Assembly: GCA_964252075.1 (NCBI GenBank) | Contig: CAXULY010000024.1 | Location: 22,701 to 86,700 of the forward strand | Source: an uncultured Deinococcaceae bacterium | Lineage (GTDB): Bacteria > Deinococcota > Deinococci > Deinococcales > Deinococcaceae | Reading direction: 5' to 3' | Length of the DNA: 64,000 nucleotides | Part shown: piece by piece, positions 32,068-42,576 of the stretch | How positions within the stretch are numbered: position 1 is the stretch's first letter | How the letters are laid out: each line of letters starts with the position of its first letter | Translations under genes and position numbers: made by a program | The notes under the pieces: generated by a model | Seen by the model: only the letters and a program-made list of their open reading frames with translations | Database searches by the model: none | What the model was told of the DNA's origin: nothing

Positions 32068-32361
32068 GTGGGCCCGCTGGAGTTCCTGCTGCTCCTCACC
32101 CTGCTCGCGTCCCTGGCGTTCGCGCTGATCTTCACGTCGCGCCTCACCCGGGCGGTGGAGGCCACCGCGGACGGCCAGCTGGACGTGCCGCTGCAGGACA
32201 CCGCCAGCGACGAACTGGGGCGCCTGGCGCGCGCCGTGAACCGCCTGCGCCACGGCCTCCAGGCACTGCTGTCGATGCCCTGCGCCCACCACGCCCAAGG
32301 GTCGCGCCCCGCGCTGTCCTGGCGGCCCTCCGCAGGCGCACGACCCGCACGGGACAGGTGA
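32068..32361 (+). CDS. Small membrane protein with HAMP domain
   Basis: One TM helix, then LTRAVEATADGQLDVPL...DELGRLARAVNRLR. Confidence 0.7.
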   Translation: MGPLEFLLLLTLLASLAFALIFTSRLTRAVEATADGQLDVPLQDTASDELGRLARAVNRLRHGLQALLSMPCAHHAQGSRPALSWRPSAGARPARDR

Positions 32362-32990
32362 CCTGACGGCCGAGCAGCGCCAGCGCATCCTGCAGCGCCT
32401 GTGCCGCGCGTTCCCCAGCGCCGTCACGCTCGTCATCGCCGTCACCGGCCCGCCCGACGCGCGGTCACGTGGGGTTGTCCTCTACGGCGCGGACCGCCGC
32501 CCCGCGACCGCGCCGTTCCCCGTGCGACCCGCGGCCCTGGCGCGGCTGATGCAGGACGCCGCGCGGCGCTCCGACCGGACCGCCACCATCGCGCTCCCAC
32601 GCACCCCATCCGCACGCTGAAAGCCAGCGAGGAACGGCGCTCCTCCCCACGACACCGGCGCGCGTGGAGTCTCGTGGGGTGCGCAACCGTTCCTTCCAGC
32701 ACCGCGAACCCGACTGGTCCGTCCACCCGCACCTCCAGGCGGTCCTGGACCTCGCCGCACGCCCGGATGGGTGCAGCCTCACCGACGTCGTTCTGAGCGG
32801 CCTGAACCGCACGGCCAGCCAGGCGCTGCTGCACCACCTCGAAGACACGCAGGTGCTGCGCGCCGTGTATGACCCGCGCGGCCGCCACAAGGTCTACCGC
32901 CTGCAACCCCACTGACCGACCAGCAAAGACGCCCGCATCACCCCAGCAGCCTTCCCGCCGAATACCGGAGCGCCCCCCAGGATCGTCCAC

Positions 32991-33638
32991 ATGACTACCA
33001 CGACGCCACACATGCCCGCGCCCGCCGCCCGCCTCCTCGTGCCGCTCACCCTGCTCCTGGCGGGCCTGACGTGCGGCATCATGCTGCTCGTCCCGAAACC
33101 AGAGGGCCGGCACACCTTCGACACCGACGGGCACCCCACGCTCGGCTCCCCCGCCGCGCACTTCGAGATTGTGCTGTTCGTGGATTACCAGTGCCCGGCC
33201 TGCCGCGCCTTTGAGCGGTCGGAACTGCCGCGCGTCGAAGCGCAGCTCGTCCTGACCGGCCAGGCCAGGGTCGTGACGCTCCAGAGTCCCTTCATCGGCC
33301 CGGACAGCCGCACCGCCGCGAACGCCGCCCTGTGCGCCCAGCGGCAGGGCAACGCGGCCTTCTGGCGCATGAACGCTGCGCTCTTTGCCCGGCAGGGTGA
33401 CGAACGTACCCGCTGGGCTACCCCGGACGTGCTGCGGGGCGTCGCCGCGCAGAGCGGGCTGAACCCGGCGGCCTTCACCACCTGCCTGACGTCCGGGGTC
33501 ACCGACGCGCAGGTGCAGGCGGACCTCGACCAGCACCACCGCGCGGGCTTCCAGGGCACCCCGGCGGTGTTCGTGAACGGCGTGCGGACCGCCGCGACCT
33601 TCACCGCCATCCGGGCCGCGCTGGCCGCGCGGCGTTGA
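32991..33638 (+). CDS. DsbA-family thiol-disulfide oxidoreductase
   Basis: LGSPAA..FVDYQCPAC...GFQGTPAVFVNG; N-terminal TM/signal. Confidence 0.9.
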   Translation: MTTTTPHMPAPAARLLVPLTLLLAGLTCGIMLLVPKPEGRHTFDTDGHPTLGSPAAHFEIVLFVDYQCPACRAFERSELPRVEAQLVLTGQARVVTLQSPFIGPDSRTAANAALCAQRQGNAAFWRMNAALFARQGDERTRWATPDVLRGVAAQSGLNPAAFTTCLTSGVTDAQVQADLDQHHRAGFQGTPAVFVNGVRTAATFTAIRAALAARR

Positions 33639-33687
33639 CCGCACGGCCACGCGCGCCCACGCTTCGCCACGAAAGAGAGGCACACCC

Positions 33688-34830
33688 ATGCGCATGCCCC
33701 TGATCACCATCCTGCTGACCCTCAGCGTCGCCCAGGCCCAGGACGCCGCCCCCACCCCCCAGGCGCCCAGCGCCGCCGCGCCCGCGGCCACCACCATCAC
33801 GGACGTGCCCGCCGGGCACTGGGCGCGCGACGCCGTCACGCTCCTGATCCAGAAGGGCCTGATCCTCGGCTTCCCCGACGGCACCTTTCGCGGCACTGCA
33901 CCCATCACGCGCTATGAGGCCGCGCAGATCTTCTCGAGGCTGTTCACGAGCGGCGCGCTGAACCTCCCGGGCGGTCAGGCGGCCCTCAGCTCCGCGGACC
34001 TCGACACCCTCGCGAAGGGCGTGAAGGAAGTCGCGGACGGACTCATGACCACGAATGCCCGCGTCGCGGATTTGGGTTCGGACCTGGACAGCGTGAAGGC
34101 GCGCCTCGCGCAGGCGGAGCAGACGCTCGCGCAGGTGGTGCAGGTGGGCGCCACGAAGGCGGACGTGGACGCGCTCGCGCAGAACGCCGACCAGACCTAC
34201 GCCACGAAGAGCGACGTGCAGGCCCTCACGCAGAGCGCCGCCCGCAAGGACGACGTGGCCGCCATCGACTCCCGCGTGTCGACCCTCGAAGCGGGCCAGG
34301 CGAACCGCGATCAGGCGGCGCAGCAGGCCGCCGCGGACGCCGCGAAGCTCAAGGATGACCTCCCGAAGCCCGGGGACCTGCCGAACGTCACGTTCCGCCC
34401 GGACCCCGGCCCCCGGTACTGGATCGCGGTGGGCGTGACGAAGAACCTGTCGGACCCCGTCGGTTTCGGCTTTGGTTTCGGCGTGCGCCACCTCCTCGGG
34501 CCGGTCGGGGCGGAGGTGGCGGGGGAATTCAACCGTGGCGGCCGCAGTTACGGTGTGGCCCTCGAAGCGGTGTCCCCGCTCGCGGCGCCGGACGCGCTGT
34601 TCAGCCCGAGCGTCGGCGGTGGCCTGGGCGTCACCGTCAGCCCGAACCGCGCGAACCGCAGCGCGGGCGCGCTGGACGTGTACCTGAGCGCCACGCTGGG
34701 CCTCACGTACCGCTTCACGGACACCCTCGGGCTGTACGTGAAAGCCAACCCACGCCTGTACGTCACGCACCATGGGGAGGCCAGCCGCAACTTCGTGACC
34801 TTGACCGCTGGCGCCGCACTCAATTTCTGA
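33688..34830 (+). CDS. S-layer homology domain protein (SlpA-like: SLH, coiled coil, beta-barrel)
   Basis: Signal peptide; TDVPAGHWA..GFPDGTFRG..ITRYEAA; coiled coil; amphipathic strands ending in Phe. Confidence 0.88.
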   Translation: MRMPLITILLTLSVAQAQDAAPTPQAPSAAAPAATTITDVPAGHWARDAVTLLIQKGLILGFPDGTFRGTAPITRYEAAQIFSRLFTSGALNLPGGQAALSSADLDTLAKGVKEVADGLMTTNARVADLGSDLDSVKARLAQAEQTLAQVVQVGATKADVDALAQNADQTYATKSDVQALTQSAARKDDVAAIDSRVSTLEAGQANRDQAAQQAAADAAKLKDDLPKPGDLPNVTFRPDPGPRYWIAVGVTKNLSDPVGFGFGFGVRHLLGPVGAEVAGEFNRGGRSYGVALEAVSPLAAPDALFSPSVGGGLGVTVSPNRANRSAGALDVYLSATLGLTYRFTDTLGLYVKANPRLYVTHHGEASRNFVTLTAGAALNF

Positions 34831-34970
34831 CGTGACATCGCCCATGCGCTTCGCTTCCCACGGACCTCGGACAGAGTCAGTCCAACAGCCGTGCGCGCAG
34901 GTGGCGCGGAACAAAAAAAAGCTCCCTTGCACGCTGTTGCAGCGCGGATCAGCGCGCTTCAAAGGAAATC

Positions 34971-35204
34971 ATGCTGAAACCCCTCGTCGGTCTGTTGCTC
35001 GCTACGACACTCAGCTTTGCCTCCGCAACCAATCCGGATGCTGCCCGCCAAACGCCCCCGACCGTGCACTCAAACGCCAGCGTGAAATGCGGCCCTGGGG
35101 ACTGCGACTACAGCTCACCCCCTCCACCGCGAAATGTGAGGGTCTGCATGTTGGAGGGCACGTGCCCGCCGCCGCCACCGTGCTCCACCGGCAATTGCAG
35201 CTGA
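34971..35204 (+). CDS. Small secreted Cys/Pro-rich peptide
   Basis: RBS aaagga; signal peptide ending ASA; six Cys in three CX4-5C loops. Confidence 0.55.
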   Translation: MLKPLVGLLLATTLSFASATNPDAARQTPPTVHSNASVKCGPGDCDYSSPPPPRNVRVCMLEGTCPPPPPCSTGNCS

Positions 35205-35751
35205 ACAGCGACGCCGACCGGCCCGACCCAGTGGAGTCGGGCCGTCGTCATGGCGCCAGACGGTCCAGCACCAGCAGGCAAGCTGACGCGCCGATGCCTG
35301 CCGCCGTCCACGTGAGCCGCGGGACACTTGAGGGTCAGAACGGCCGCGTGCAGTCCGCCCCATGCGGATTGATGCTGACCATATTGGGCGCGCCAAGTGT
35401 GCTGGCATTCAAGGCAGAGGCCGGAGATGAAACGGTCCATGTCGTCGGGCGGGGTGTGCGTGAGCGGCGCGAGGGTGACTTTGGCATGTTGTTGGTCGGC
35501 GCGTGTGGCACGGGAGGTGCTCGGAGAGGGTGAAGGTGGTGGTGCGGCAACGGGGGCAGCGACTGATTTGGTTGAGGTGGCGGCTGGCATCGAGCATGCC
35601 TGGCATGTTCACGACATGCTGATGCGGAGCGGTGAGGGGTGTCGCGCGAAACGGCGTGTGGACGCAGGTTGGCAGGGAGGCCTCACAGGAAGGCCGTCAA
35701 GGGCCATCGGACGGGCATAGAGGGGCGCCGCACATGGAGTGAACTGCTAAA

Positions 35752-35783
35752 GGTTTGTCACTAATTCACATTAGTGACAAACC
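35752..35783. repeat. Perfect AT-rich inverted repeat
   Basis: ggtttgtcactaat-tcac-attagtgacaaacc (14-bp arms). Confidence 0.85.
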
Positions 35784-35859
35784 CACGAGGGTCCGCGGGG
35801 CGTTTGGGGGGGTTCAGCACGCGACCATGAATGATCGGCCCGACACATGGCGTTTCGTC

Positions 35860-35876
35860 TTACCAAGCCTTGGTAA
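35860..35876. promoter_or_regulatory. Palindromic operator upstream of the TA operon
   Basis: ttaccaag-c-cttggtaa, about 47 nt before the antitoxin start. Confidence 0.6.
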
Positions 35877-35922
35877 AGTAAGACAGGTGAGCGGCGCTGC
35901 GCCGCGTCGAACCGGTGGCCCC

Positions 35923-36249
35923 ATGAAGACCCGCACTGCCACCCTTAGCAGCAAAGGCCAGGTCGTCCTGCCCAAAGACGTCCGCGAGCGCCTCGGCGTC
36001 CACAAAGGCGACGAGATCGAATTCATCCTGGACGACACCGGCATCCACATCCAACCCAAGACCGCCGCCCCCAATCCCTTCCTCAGCTGGATCGGCGCAG
36101 CACCCACCGGGGACCACACCCCCGCCCGCTGGCTCGAAGACGCGCGGCACGCCGAACTCGATGCGCGCGATCTCGCCCTGCTGCGCGCTGGACCCGGCGC
36201 ACAGGTCGTGCACCTCACCCTTCCCGCCGACCCTGACGGGCGCCCGTGA
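35923..36249 (+). CDS. vapB: AbrB/MazE/SpoVT-family antitoxin
   Basis: ATLSSKGQVVLPKDVRERLGVHKGDEIEF. Confidence 0.88.
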   Translation: MKTRTATLSSKGQVVLPKDVRERLGVHKGDEIEFILDDTGIHIQPKTAAPNPFLSWIGAAPTGDHTPARWLEDARHAELDARDLALLRAGPGAQVVHLTLPADPDGRP

Positions 36250-36662
36250 GGACCGCACTCGGCACGACCGTCATCTCCGACCTCCTCGACGGCACCCCGA
36301 GCTCCGCCCGCGTCGCGCGCGCCCTCGGGGCGCTGCGCGCCGACGGGCCACTGGTGATCAGCGGCGTGGTCTACGCCGAACTGCACGCCCGCCCCAACAC
36401 GCCGCGCGCCACCATAGAGGCGTTCCTCGCCGGCACGGGCGTGAGCCTCGACGACACCATGCCGAGGGGCGCGTGGGCGGAAGCGGGTCGCGCGAACGCC
36501 GACTATCACGCCCGCCGCCGGGCGAGCGGTGCGACCGGCGTGCGACCGGTGCGGCCCGACTTCCTGGTCGGCGCGCACGCCCAACACCGGGCGCACCGGT
36601 TGTTCACGCTCAACGCGAGCGACTTCGGCGACTTTCCGTTGCTCACCGTCGTGACACTCTAG
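36246..36662 (+). CDS. vapC: PIN-domain toxin (first catalytic Asp replaced by Gly)
   Basis: MRTALGTTVI, VVYAEL, PDFLVGAHA, LFTLNASDF; GTGA-coupled to the antitoxin. Confidence 0.85.
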   Translation: MRTALGTTVISDLLDGTPSSARVARALGALRADGPLVISGVVYAELHARPNTPRATIEAFLAGTGVSLDDTMPRGAWAEAGRANADYHARRRASGATGVRPVRPDFLVGAHAQHRAHRLFTLNASDFGDFPLLTVVTL

Positions 36663-37120
36663 GCACCCATCGCTCCACACCCACACGGCGGAGCTTGCCC
36701 AGGGCGGTTCTGACCGATTGGATCGCCATCTGCGAACATGAACACGCGACGTAAACACGCCCCCACCGTTGACCCGGGGCTGATCAATGGGTGGTTCACT
36801 GCGCCAGACGGACCATTTGGGTGGATTGAATCCAGCTTAAAAGCGCAAAAGAATCGCAGGTGTTCTAACCCTTAAAATGAATTCGAGGGGCCTTTACGGC
36901 CCTCCTATGACGGCGATCTAAAAGCCCCATGGGCGTGAATCGAGTGCAGCGGTTTCGCTCTGGATTGATTTGCGTTAAGGGATATCGGCTGTGGGGGTTC
37001 TCGTCCATTGGCAGGCGGAGCAATCGCCACCTTGGCGCGTGTATCGCTTCAAGGTTGTCAGCGGCCCGATCGCGAGAGATCGACCTGACCCACAACGATC
37101 TGATGCTTTCCGGAATACAT

Positions 37121-37687
37121 TTAAACCTCCGACGGGGTCGTGTTGAGTCGCTGTCTTTGCTGACGCACCTCCTCTAACTCCTGGTGCAGGGTGACGGCGG
37201 CCTCATCCGGAAGTTGATGTCCGCCACGCCGCGCCCTGAAACTTTCACGCAATGCGATCAGGGTCTGAAGCTCCTCCTCGCGGACTTCGAGTTCCTCCAT
37301 GGCCTGACGACAAGCCTCTTCTTGCGGGTTCGCCTCGTACTGCGGTGGTGACGCGTCAGGAAACGACTTGATGAACTGGTCATGGAGTAGCTGCAGTCGA
37401 CGTTGCAAAAAGTCTGCCTCTTCTGCCGCCCAGGCTTGCCAGTGCCTGCCAAGGGTCGCGTCTTGCGCTTCTCGCTCCAGCTGATGGGCGCGCCTCGCCA
37501 AGCGCAGGATGCGTTGTGTCAAATCCTCCTGCGCGTTACGCGGCTCTGCCGGCGCTGGCGCGTCCAAGTAGCCCATGTACTCGGCGCGGGCCCGCGTATA
37601 GAACGCGCGGTCAACGTCCGTCGCGCTACCCGCGAGGGCGTCGAGCGCCTGAAGGCGTTGCTGCACGTAAGCTTGAAGATCGGTCAC
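37121..37687 (-). CDS. Helical hypothetical protein
   Basis: GTGA-coupled to the upstream gene; coiled-coil-like composition. Confidence 0.6.
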   Translation of the reverse strand: MTDLQAYVQQRLQALDALAGSATDVDRAFYTRARAEYMGYLDAPAPAEPRNAQEDLTQRILRLARRAHQLEREAQDATLGRHWQAWAAEEADFLQRRLQLLHDQFIKSFPDASPPQYEANPQEEACRQAMEELEVREEELQTLIALRESFRARRGGHQLPDEAAVTLHQELEEVRQQRQRLNTTPSEV

Positions 37688-39414
37688 TTGAGACTCCTCA
37701 GGCGCTGCAGTTCGTCATGCGCGTCATCTGGCGGAAGGTTCCCCTCCAGAAATCGGCTCAGGAGGTCTTGAAGCGCCCCGCGTTGTTCACGCAGGTAAGC
37801 CCCTTCGGTGCGGGGCACCAACCCGTAGGCGGCCGCCACTTCCTGGGCGCAACGGGTCCACGCGCCCTGCCCCGTGCCATCCATCCGCTTCAGGTGGTAC
37901 GCCAGCACGGCTGGTGGCACCACGTGTCGCCGCCTTGTCACGCCCTGAACGTCTTCTCGGAGGGCAAGATGGAGGCGTCGGTACTCCTCGGACTGGTCGC
38001 GTGGCACGTTGGCGTCAATACCAAAAGCCTCCAGTGTTCGTTGCACGAACACAAGGCGCGTGGACACCCGGGTGCCTTGCACGAGGATCGGTCGGCCGTC
38101 CCGGAACACCGAGCCGATGGCCACATCAACACACTCCAGCACGGGCTCAGGCGCGCACGCCAGAAACGCGGCGGCGGTGGGATGCCAGCGGGCCAGTCGA
38201 CGCGCGAGGCCAAGCCGGGCCGCCTGATCTGGCAAGCGCTCAAAGAGCTGCCTCATGTGCCTGCACACGGTGGCGGGGCAAAAGGTGCCGTGTCCTCCAG
38301 GGTGGAAGGCGATGTCGAGTTGGAGGGCCAGTAGGAGGGCCTGCTGATCCGGGACGCCGGCAGGGGCACCTTGGATGCGCCGCGCCGCGAGGAGTGGCTC
38401 ATTCAACCTCAGGTGCGCCACGCCCTGCAGCCAAGGCAGCAGCCCGCGCAGAGAAGCACTCTGCGGACGCCATTCACGCAAAATCGCCAAGACATCCAGA
38501 GCGTCTTGCGCGGAACGGTCCTGTTGCGGCTCAAGGAGCCGCAGGGCCAACGTGACCCGGTCGTAGCTATTCGACGGACATTCTTGGATGGGCGCGCCCT
38601 CAGGGAGGATGCCGAGCCACGCCAGGATAAATTGGTGCGTGACGCGGACTGCTGGGTCGTCTGGGTGATCCCGTCGCACCATGTCCAGTAGGGCGATGGC
38701 GCCCTCGTCGTTTCCGAAGCGGTTCAGGATGAGCGCCATGTTGGTGCGCGCGTGGAGCGCCTGGCGTGCGCCGACCTGGGGATCCTCTGACACCAAGCTG
38801 TATTGGAGGAGGGCATCGGCGAAGCGGTCGGCGCGGAACGCGCACGTGGCGTATGCCAGGCGGGCGGCGCGCAGGAGGCTGTCGACGCCCAGCGCCTGGG
38901 CGGACAGGACCGCTTCACTGGCGCGCTCCAGTGCGTGCTGAATGTCCCCCGCCTCAATATGCTGTTCGGCGAGTGCGATGAGAATTGAGACCGTGGCTTC
39001 CAACGCGAGTCCCCCATTGGAGGGTGAGGTCCGCAAGTCCCGCAGCACGGAAGCCAAAGCCGGTGCCGCCGCCGAGCGCGCGTCTGAACGCGCGCCCCGA
39101 GCGCATTCTTGAAGGACAGCTGCGGTGTCGTTCCGGGACAGAAGGGCAAATCCAAGTGCCCGGATCACGACATTGTTGTCCATAACGGCCGACCCAGCGA
39201 GCTGGAGGGCGAGTGTCGCCTCTCCCCCCTGCTCGTAGAGGGCGGCGCGCCGAACCTGGCCGGCCGGACCCAGCTGTTCCGGCAGCGCCTGAGCGATGGT
39301 CAGCGGCGTCCACCCCGCTTGCCGGAGGGCGCCTAACCAGGAACGGAACCGGAAAGGATCAGATGCCGTGGATTCACTGAGGTGCACATCGGTGGTGAAT
39401 GCCAGGTTCTTCAC
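37684..39414 (-). CDS. TPR-like alpha-helical repeat protein
   Basis: 576 aa; LAEQHIEAGDIQHALER, AFRADRFADALLQY, ILNRFGNDEGAIALL TPR-like helices. Confidence 0.65.
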   Translation of the reverse strand: MKNLAFTTDVHLSESTASDPFRFRSWLGALRQAGWTPLTIAQALPEQLGPAGQVRRAALYEQGGEATLALQLAGSAVMDNNVVIRALGFALLSRNDTAAVLQECARGARSDARSAAAPALASVLRDLRTSPSNGGLALEATVSILIALAEQHIEAGDIQHALERASEAVLSAQALGVDSLLRAARLAYATCAFRADRFADALLQYSLVSEDPQVGARQALHARTNMALILNRFGNDEGAIALLDMVRRDHPDDPAVRVTHQFILAWLGILPEGAPIQECPSNSYDRVTLALRLLEPQQDRSAQDALDVLAILREWRPQSASLRGLLPWLQGVAHLRLNEPLLAARRIQGAPAGVPDQQALLLALQLDIAFHPGGHGTFCPATVCRHMRQLFERLPDQAARLGLARRLARWHPTAAAFLACAPEPVLECVDVAIGSVFRDGRPILVQGTRVSTRLVFVQRTLEAFGIDANVPRDQSEEYRRLHLALREDVQGVTRRRHVVPPAVLAYHLKRMDGTGQGAWTRCAQEVAAAYGLVPRTEGAYLREQRGALQDLLSRFLEGNLPPDDAHDELQRLRSLK

Positions 39415-39743
39415 GCGGAAACTCTGTTTAGAAGCGCGAGGATGCGGGACCGGTACACGTGTTGAGGATAGGAGCCAAACATGACGTCTTGAGGTTCACC
39501 ATCGTGGTACACCAGGACGGCGGGTACACCCATGACGTGCTGTTGGAGGGCCGTCAGCACCGCTTCGTCAATATTGACCGCACCGAATTGGACTTGATCG
39601 CTGAACTCCAATGCCAGTTCAGCGAGGGCGGGACTGACGATGCGGCATGGACTGCAAGTCGGCGACCAGAACTCGACGACCCACCAACCCGTTTGAATCT
39701 GCGACTCAAACGTGCTGTCGGTCAGGGCGGGCAACTCACTCAT
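39411..39743 (-). CDS. Thioredoxin-family protein
   Basis: VVEFWSPTCSPCR, VNID, VMGVP. Confidence 0.88.
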   Translation of the reverse strand: MSELPALTDSTFESQIQTGWWVVEFWSPTCSPCRIVSPALAELALEFSDQVQFGAVNIDEAVLTALQQHVMGVPAVLVYHDGEPQDVMFGSYPQHVYRSRILALLNRVSA

Positions 39744-39918
39744 GGTTGTGAATTGGGTGCTGATCGCCACCTCGGTCCTCACACAGCGGACGACACCAGT
39801 GGATTACCGCTGTGCTTTTTCCAGACACTCCGGCTTGGGCTTTGGATGCGGGCGTAGCGGTCGCCACGGGAGACGCGCACGTCAGAATCAGGCTGAGGAG
39901 GATGCGGTAAGGGTTCAT
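39736..39918 (-). CDS. Small secreted peptide
   Basis: Strong RBS aggagg; hydrophobic signal; C-terminal HWCRPLC; overlaps the thioredoxin start. Confidence 0.55.
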   Translation of the reverse strand: MNPYRILLSLILTCASPVATATPASKAQAGVSGKSTAVIHWCRPLCEDRGGDQHPIHNHE

Positions 39919-40324
39919 GGTGGACCTCCTGCATGCAGCCTAACAATGTGAGGGATTTGGTGGGTGATGTGTTGGGCTTTTGTTGGACGCACGCGAGATG
40001 CTCGTGTGCGTCTGTGGGGCGTCGCCCCCGTAATGTGTCTTTACCCGGCGTTCAGGCACGAATGGTCGCTGCCCCGTCACAAGTTCTAGGGCGGTGGCGT
40101 CCATCAACAGCTTGGATTCTGGGCTGACCTGACCGGTATCCAATGGCATGGATCCGGTGGGTTGAAGTCAACGAGAACGGCCAGGTCTCTCAAACTGGCC
40201 TCCGCGAACGGTTCCCACACCGCTCGATGCCCCGCCTCGTCCTCCACAGTACTCAGCTCGGGCTTCCCCAGCGTACCGGTCGACCCGCCGCGACGCAACG
40301 CCCGGACCCCATGAGGAGTCCACC

Positions 40325-41300
40325 ATGACGCAGCCCACCCTCCTTCACACCCTGCAAGTCCAGCGCTTCACCACGCTCAAGCGCCTGTGCGTCCATATGG
40401 TCGAGCAGTCCAAAGCGGACTGCCCCGAGGGCCGCGGGCGCAGCTTCACGCAGGTGTATCTCCAGACCCGCCGGGAACTCGCGCAACTCGTCGTCGCCGG
40501 CACCATCACCTGCTGGTCGAAAGGCAAGCCGCTGTACGTTCTGACCGATGAGGCTGAGCAGCTGCGGACGGACCTGCGCCTTGCGATGCTGGAGCGCATT
40601 ATTCGGTGCGGTGACATCACCCCCCGAACCATGCGGTCTGTGCCGTTGTGCGGTCTGACGGTGGCGATGGACCTGCAGCAGGAATTGGCGGCGGAACTCA
40701 TGGCGGACGGCCTGATTGAGAACGTGGGGCAGCGCGGTGCAGGGCGGATGAAGGTGTACCGCGCGACGGAGGAGGCGCGCGTGCGCTTCGCGGATCCGGT
40801 CACGGTGACGACGCCGGTGGTGGCTGAGACCCTGGCGTACCTGATGACGCCCACGAAGGTGGGGTTCAGGCGGGACTCGGCGCTAAATATCGCGGAGCGC
40901 CTGAAGCGGCCGCTGCTGGAGGTGAAGCGGGCAATCATGCACCTCATGGAGCTGGGGATGGTGCGGATCACGGCGGAGGTGGGCGCCCTGAAGGTGTACG
41001 GGTACGCCCTGACGGACCTGGTCTCGCAGCGCGTGGAGCGGCTGCCGGCGGGCGCGCCCGTCCTGGCGGACAAGCCGACCGAGGACCTGCGGAGCGAGGA
41101 GGTTGCGGGTGTGCGGGCGGTCCGCGCGCAGGGCGTGCCGAGCGCCACCGTGCGGCTGAGCGCAGCGCTGCGCGCGGCGCTCACGGTGTCAGGCGTGCAG
41201 GTGCCTGCGGGGCGCGCGGTGCGCAGCGCCCCGCGGGCGTCCCGTGTTCCGCGGCGCGCTGTGGGTCTTCTAGGGCCAGCCGCGCGTTCGGGTGCTTGGC
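40325..41300 (+). CDS. Tandem winged-HTH-like protein (3' end uncertain; ORF runs on to 41935)
   Basis: RBS aggag; repeated helix-LxxxGxI-wing-Y units. Confidence 0.5.
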
Positions 41301-41469
41301 GGGCGCCGTCCTTTCCGTCCGGCCGGTTGCGCATGGCGCGCGCGCCGGGGGAGGTGCGGTCCCTTCCGTTCGGGGCGCGCTGGAGGGGCGGATCGTCTCC
41401 GCCCGGGGCGGCGCCCGACGCTACACGGACATGGATGGGCATGCAGCGGCCACGCGGACGGCGCGTCAG

Positions 41470-42576
41470 TGCTATGTCGGACATCTTTGGCGATCCCCCG
41501 CTTCCCGCAACCCGAAGAGGACGCGGGGGGCGCGCCGCTGCCCTTTCCGCTGGGCGTTCCCGCATTGGACGAATTCCCCAGGGCGCTGTGGGCCAGGATC
41601 GCGGCCCGACATGCTCGGGCGAGCATCGCCGGTTACGCGCATCCGGCGGGCCTGCCGGTTCTGCGGGCGGCGGTAGGCGCGTCCCTGCGCGCCGCTCGTG
41701 GTGTGCGCTGCACCGACGAGCAGGTCATCATCACGACCGGCTCGCAACAGGCGATCTTCCTGGCCGCTCGCACGCTGCTGCGCCCCGGCGAGGCCGCGTG
41801 GCTCGAGGACCCGGGGTATCTGGGCGCGCGCCTCGTGCCGGTGCCCGTCGACAGGCACGGCCTGGTGGAGGACGAAGGCGAGGCGCGCGCGCTTCGCCTT
41901 CGTCACGCCCGCCCGCCAGTTTCCGCTGGGCGTGACGATGCCCCTCGCCCGGCGGGTACAACTGCTGGAACGAGCGGCGGCGCGCGGCATGTGGGTCATC
42001 GAGGACGACTACGACAGCGAGTACCGCTATGCCGGACGTCTACTGGCGGCCCTGCAGGGGCTCGCGCCCGGCCACGTCGTCTTCACGGGGTCGTTCAGCA
42101 AGGTGCTTTTCCCCTCGCTACGCGTCGGCTACATGGTTGTGCCGCCGGCCCTTCGCGACCCTATCCTCGCGCTCCGTCAGCACATTGACGGGGGCCCTTC
42201 GAGCCATGCCCAAGCCGTCGTGGCCGACTTTATGGTCCACGGGCACTTCGAGCGGCACGTGCGCCGCATGCGGGGTGCGTACCGCGAGAGGCAGGCTGCG
42301 TTTTTCGCCTCGCTCGCACCGGAGGCTCGCGAATGCTTGCGCGCCGAGCCGGCCGACGCGGGCATGCACCTCGTCGCGTGGTTGGACGCGCATCTCGACG
42401 ACCGGGTCGTGGCCGCCCGGGCCGCCGAGGCGCAGGTGCACACGCAGCCACTGTCGGTGTTCACGCTCGAACACCGTCGGCCCCCTGCACTGCTGCTCGG
42501 GTACGCCTCCACACCGCCCGCCCACATGCCGCGTGCCGTGCGGACGCTGCTGGAGTGCCTCGATGCCGACAAATGA
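41470..42576 (+). pseudogene. MocR/GabR-family PLP-dependent regulator, 5'-truncated and frameshifted
   Basis: VIITTGSQQA, LEDPGY, VTPARQFPLG, IEDDYDSEYRY, GSFSKVLFPSLRVGY; frameshift near 41890. Confidence 0.8.

Noticed and set aside
40325..41935. 536-aa ORF treated as a real HTH-aminotransferase fusion
   Set aside because: The C-terminal third is out of frame with the MocR motifs and is low-complexity; likely read-through into a pseudogene.
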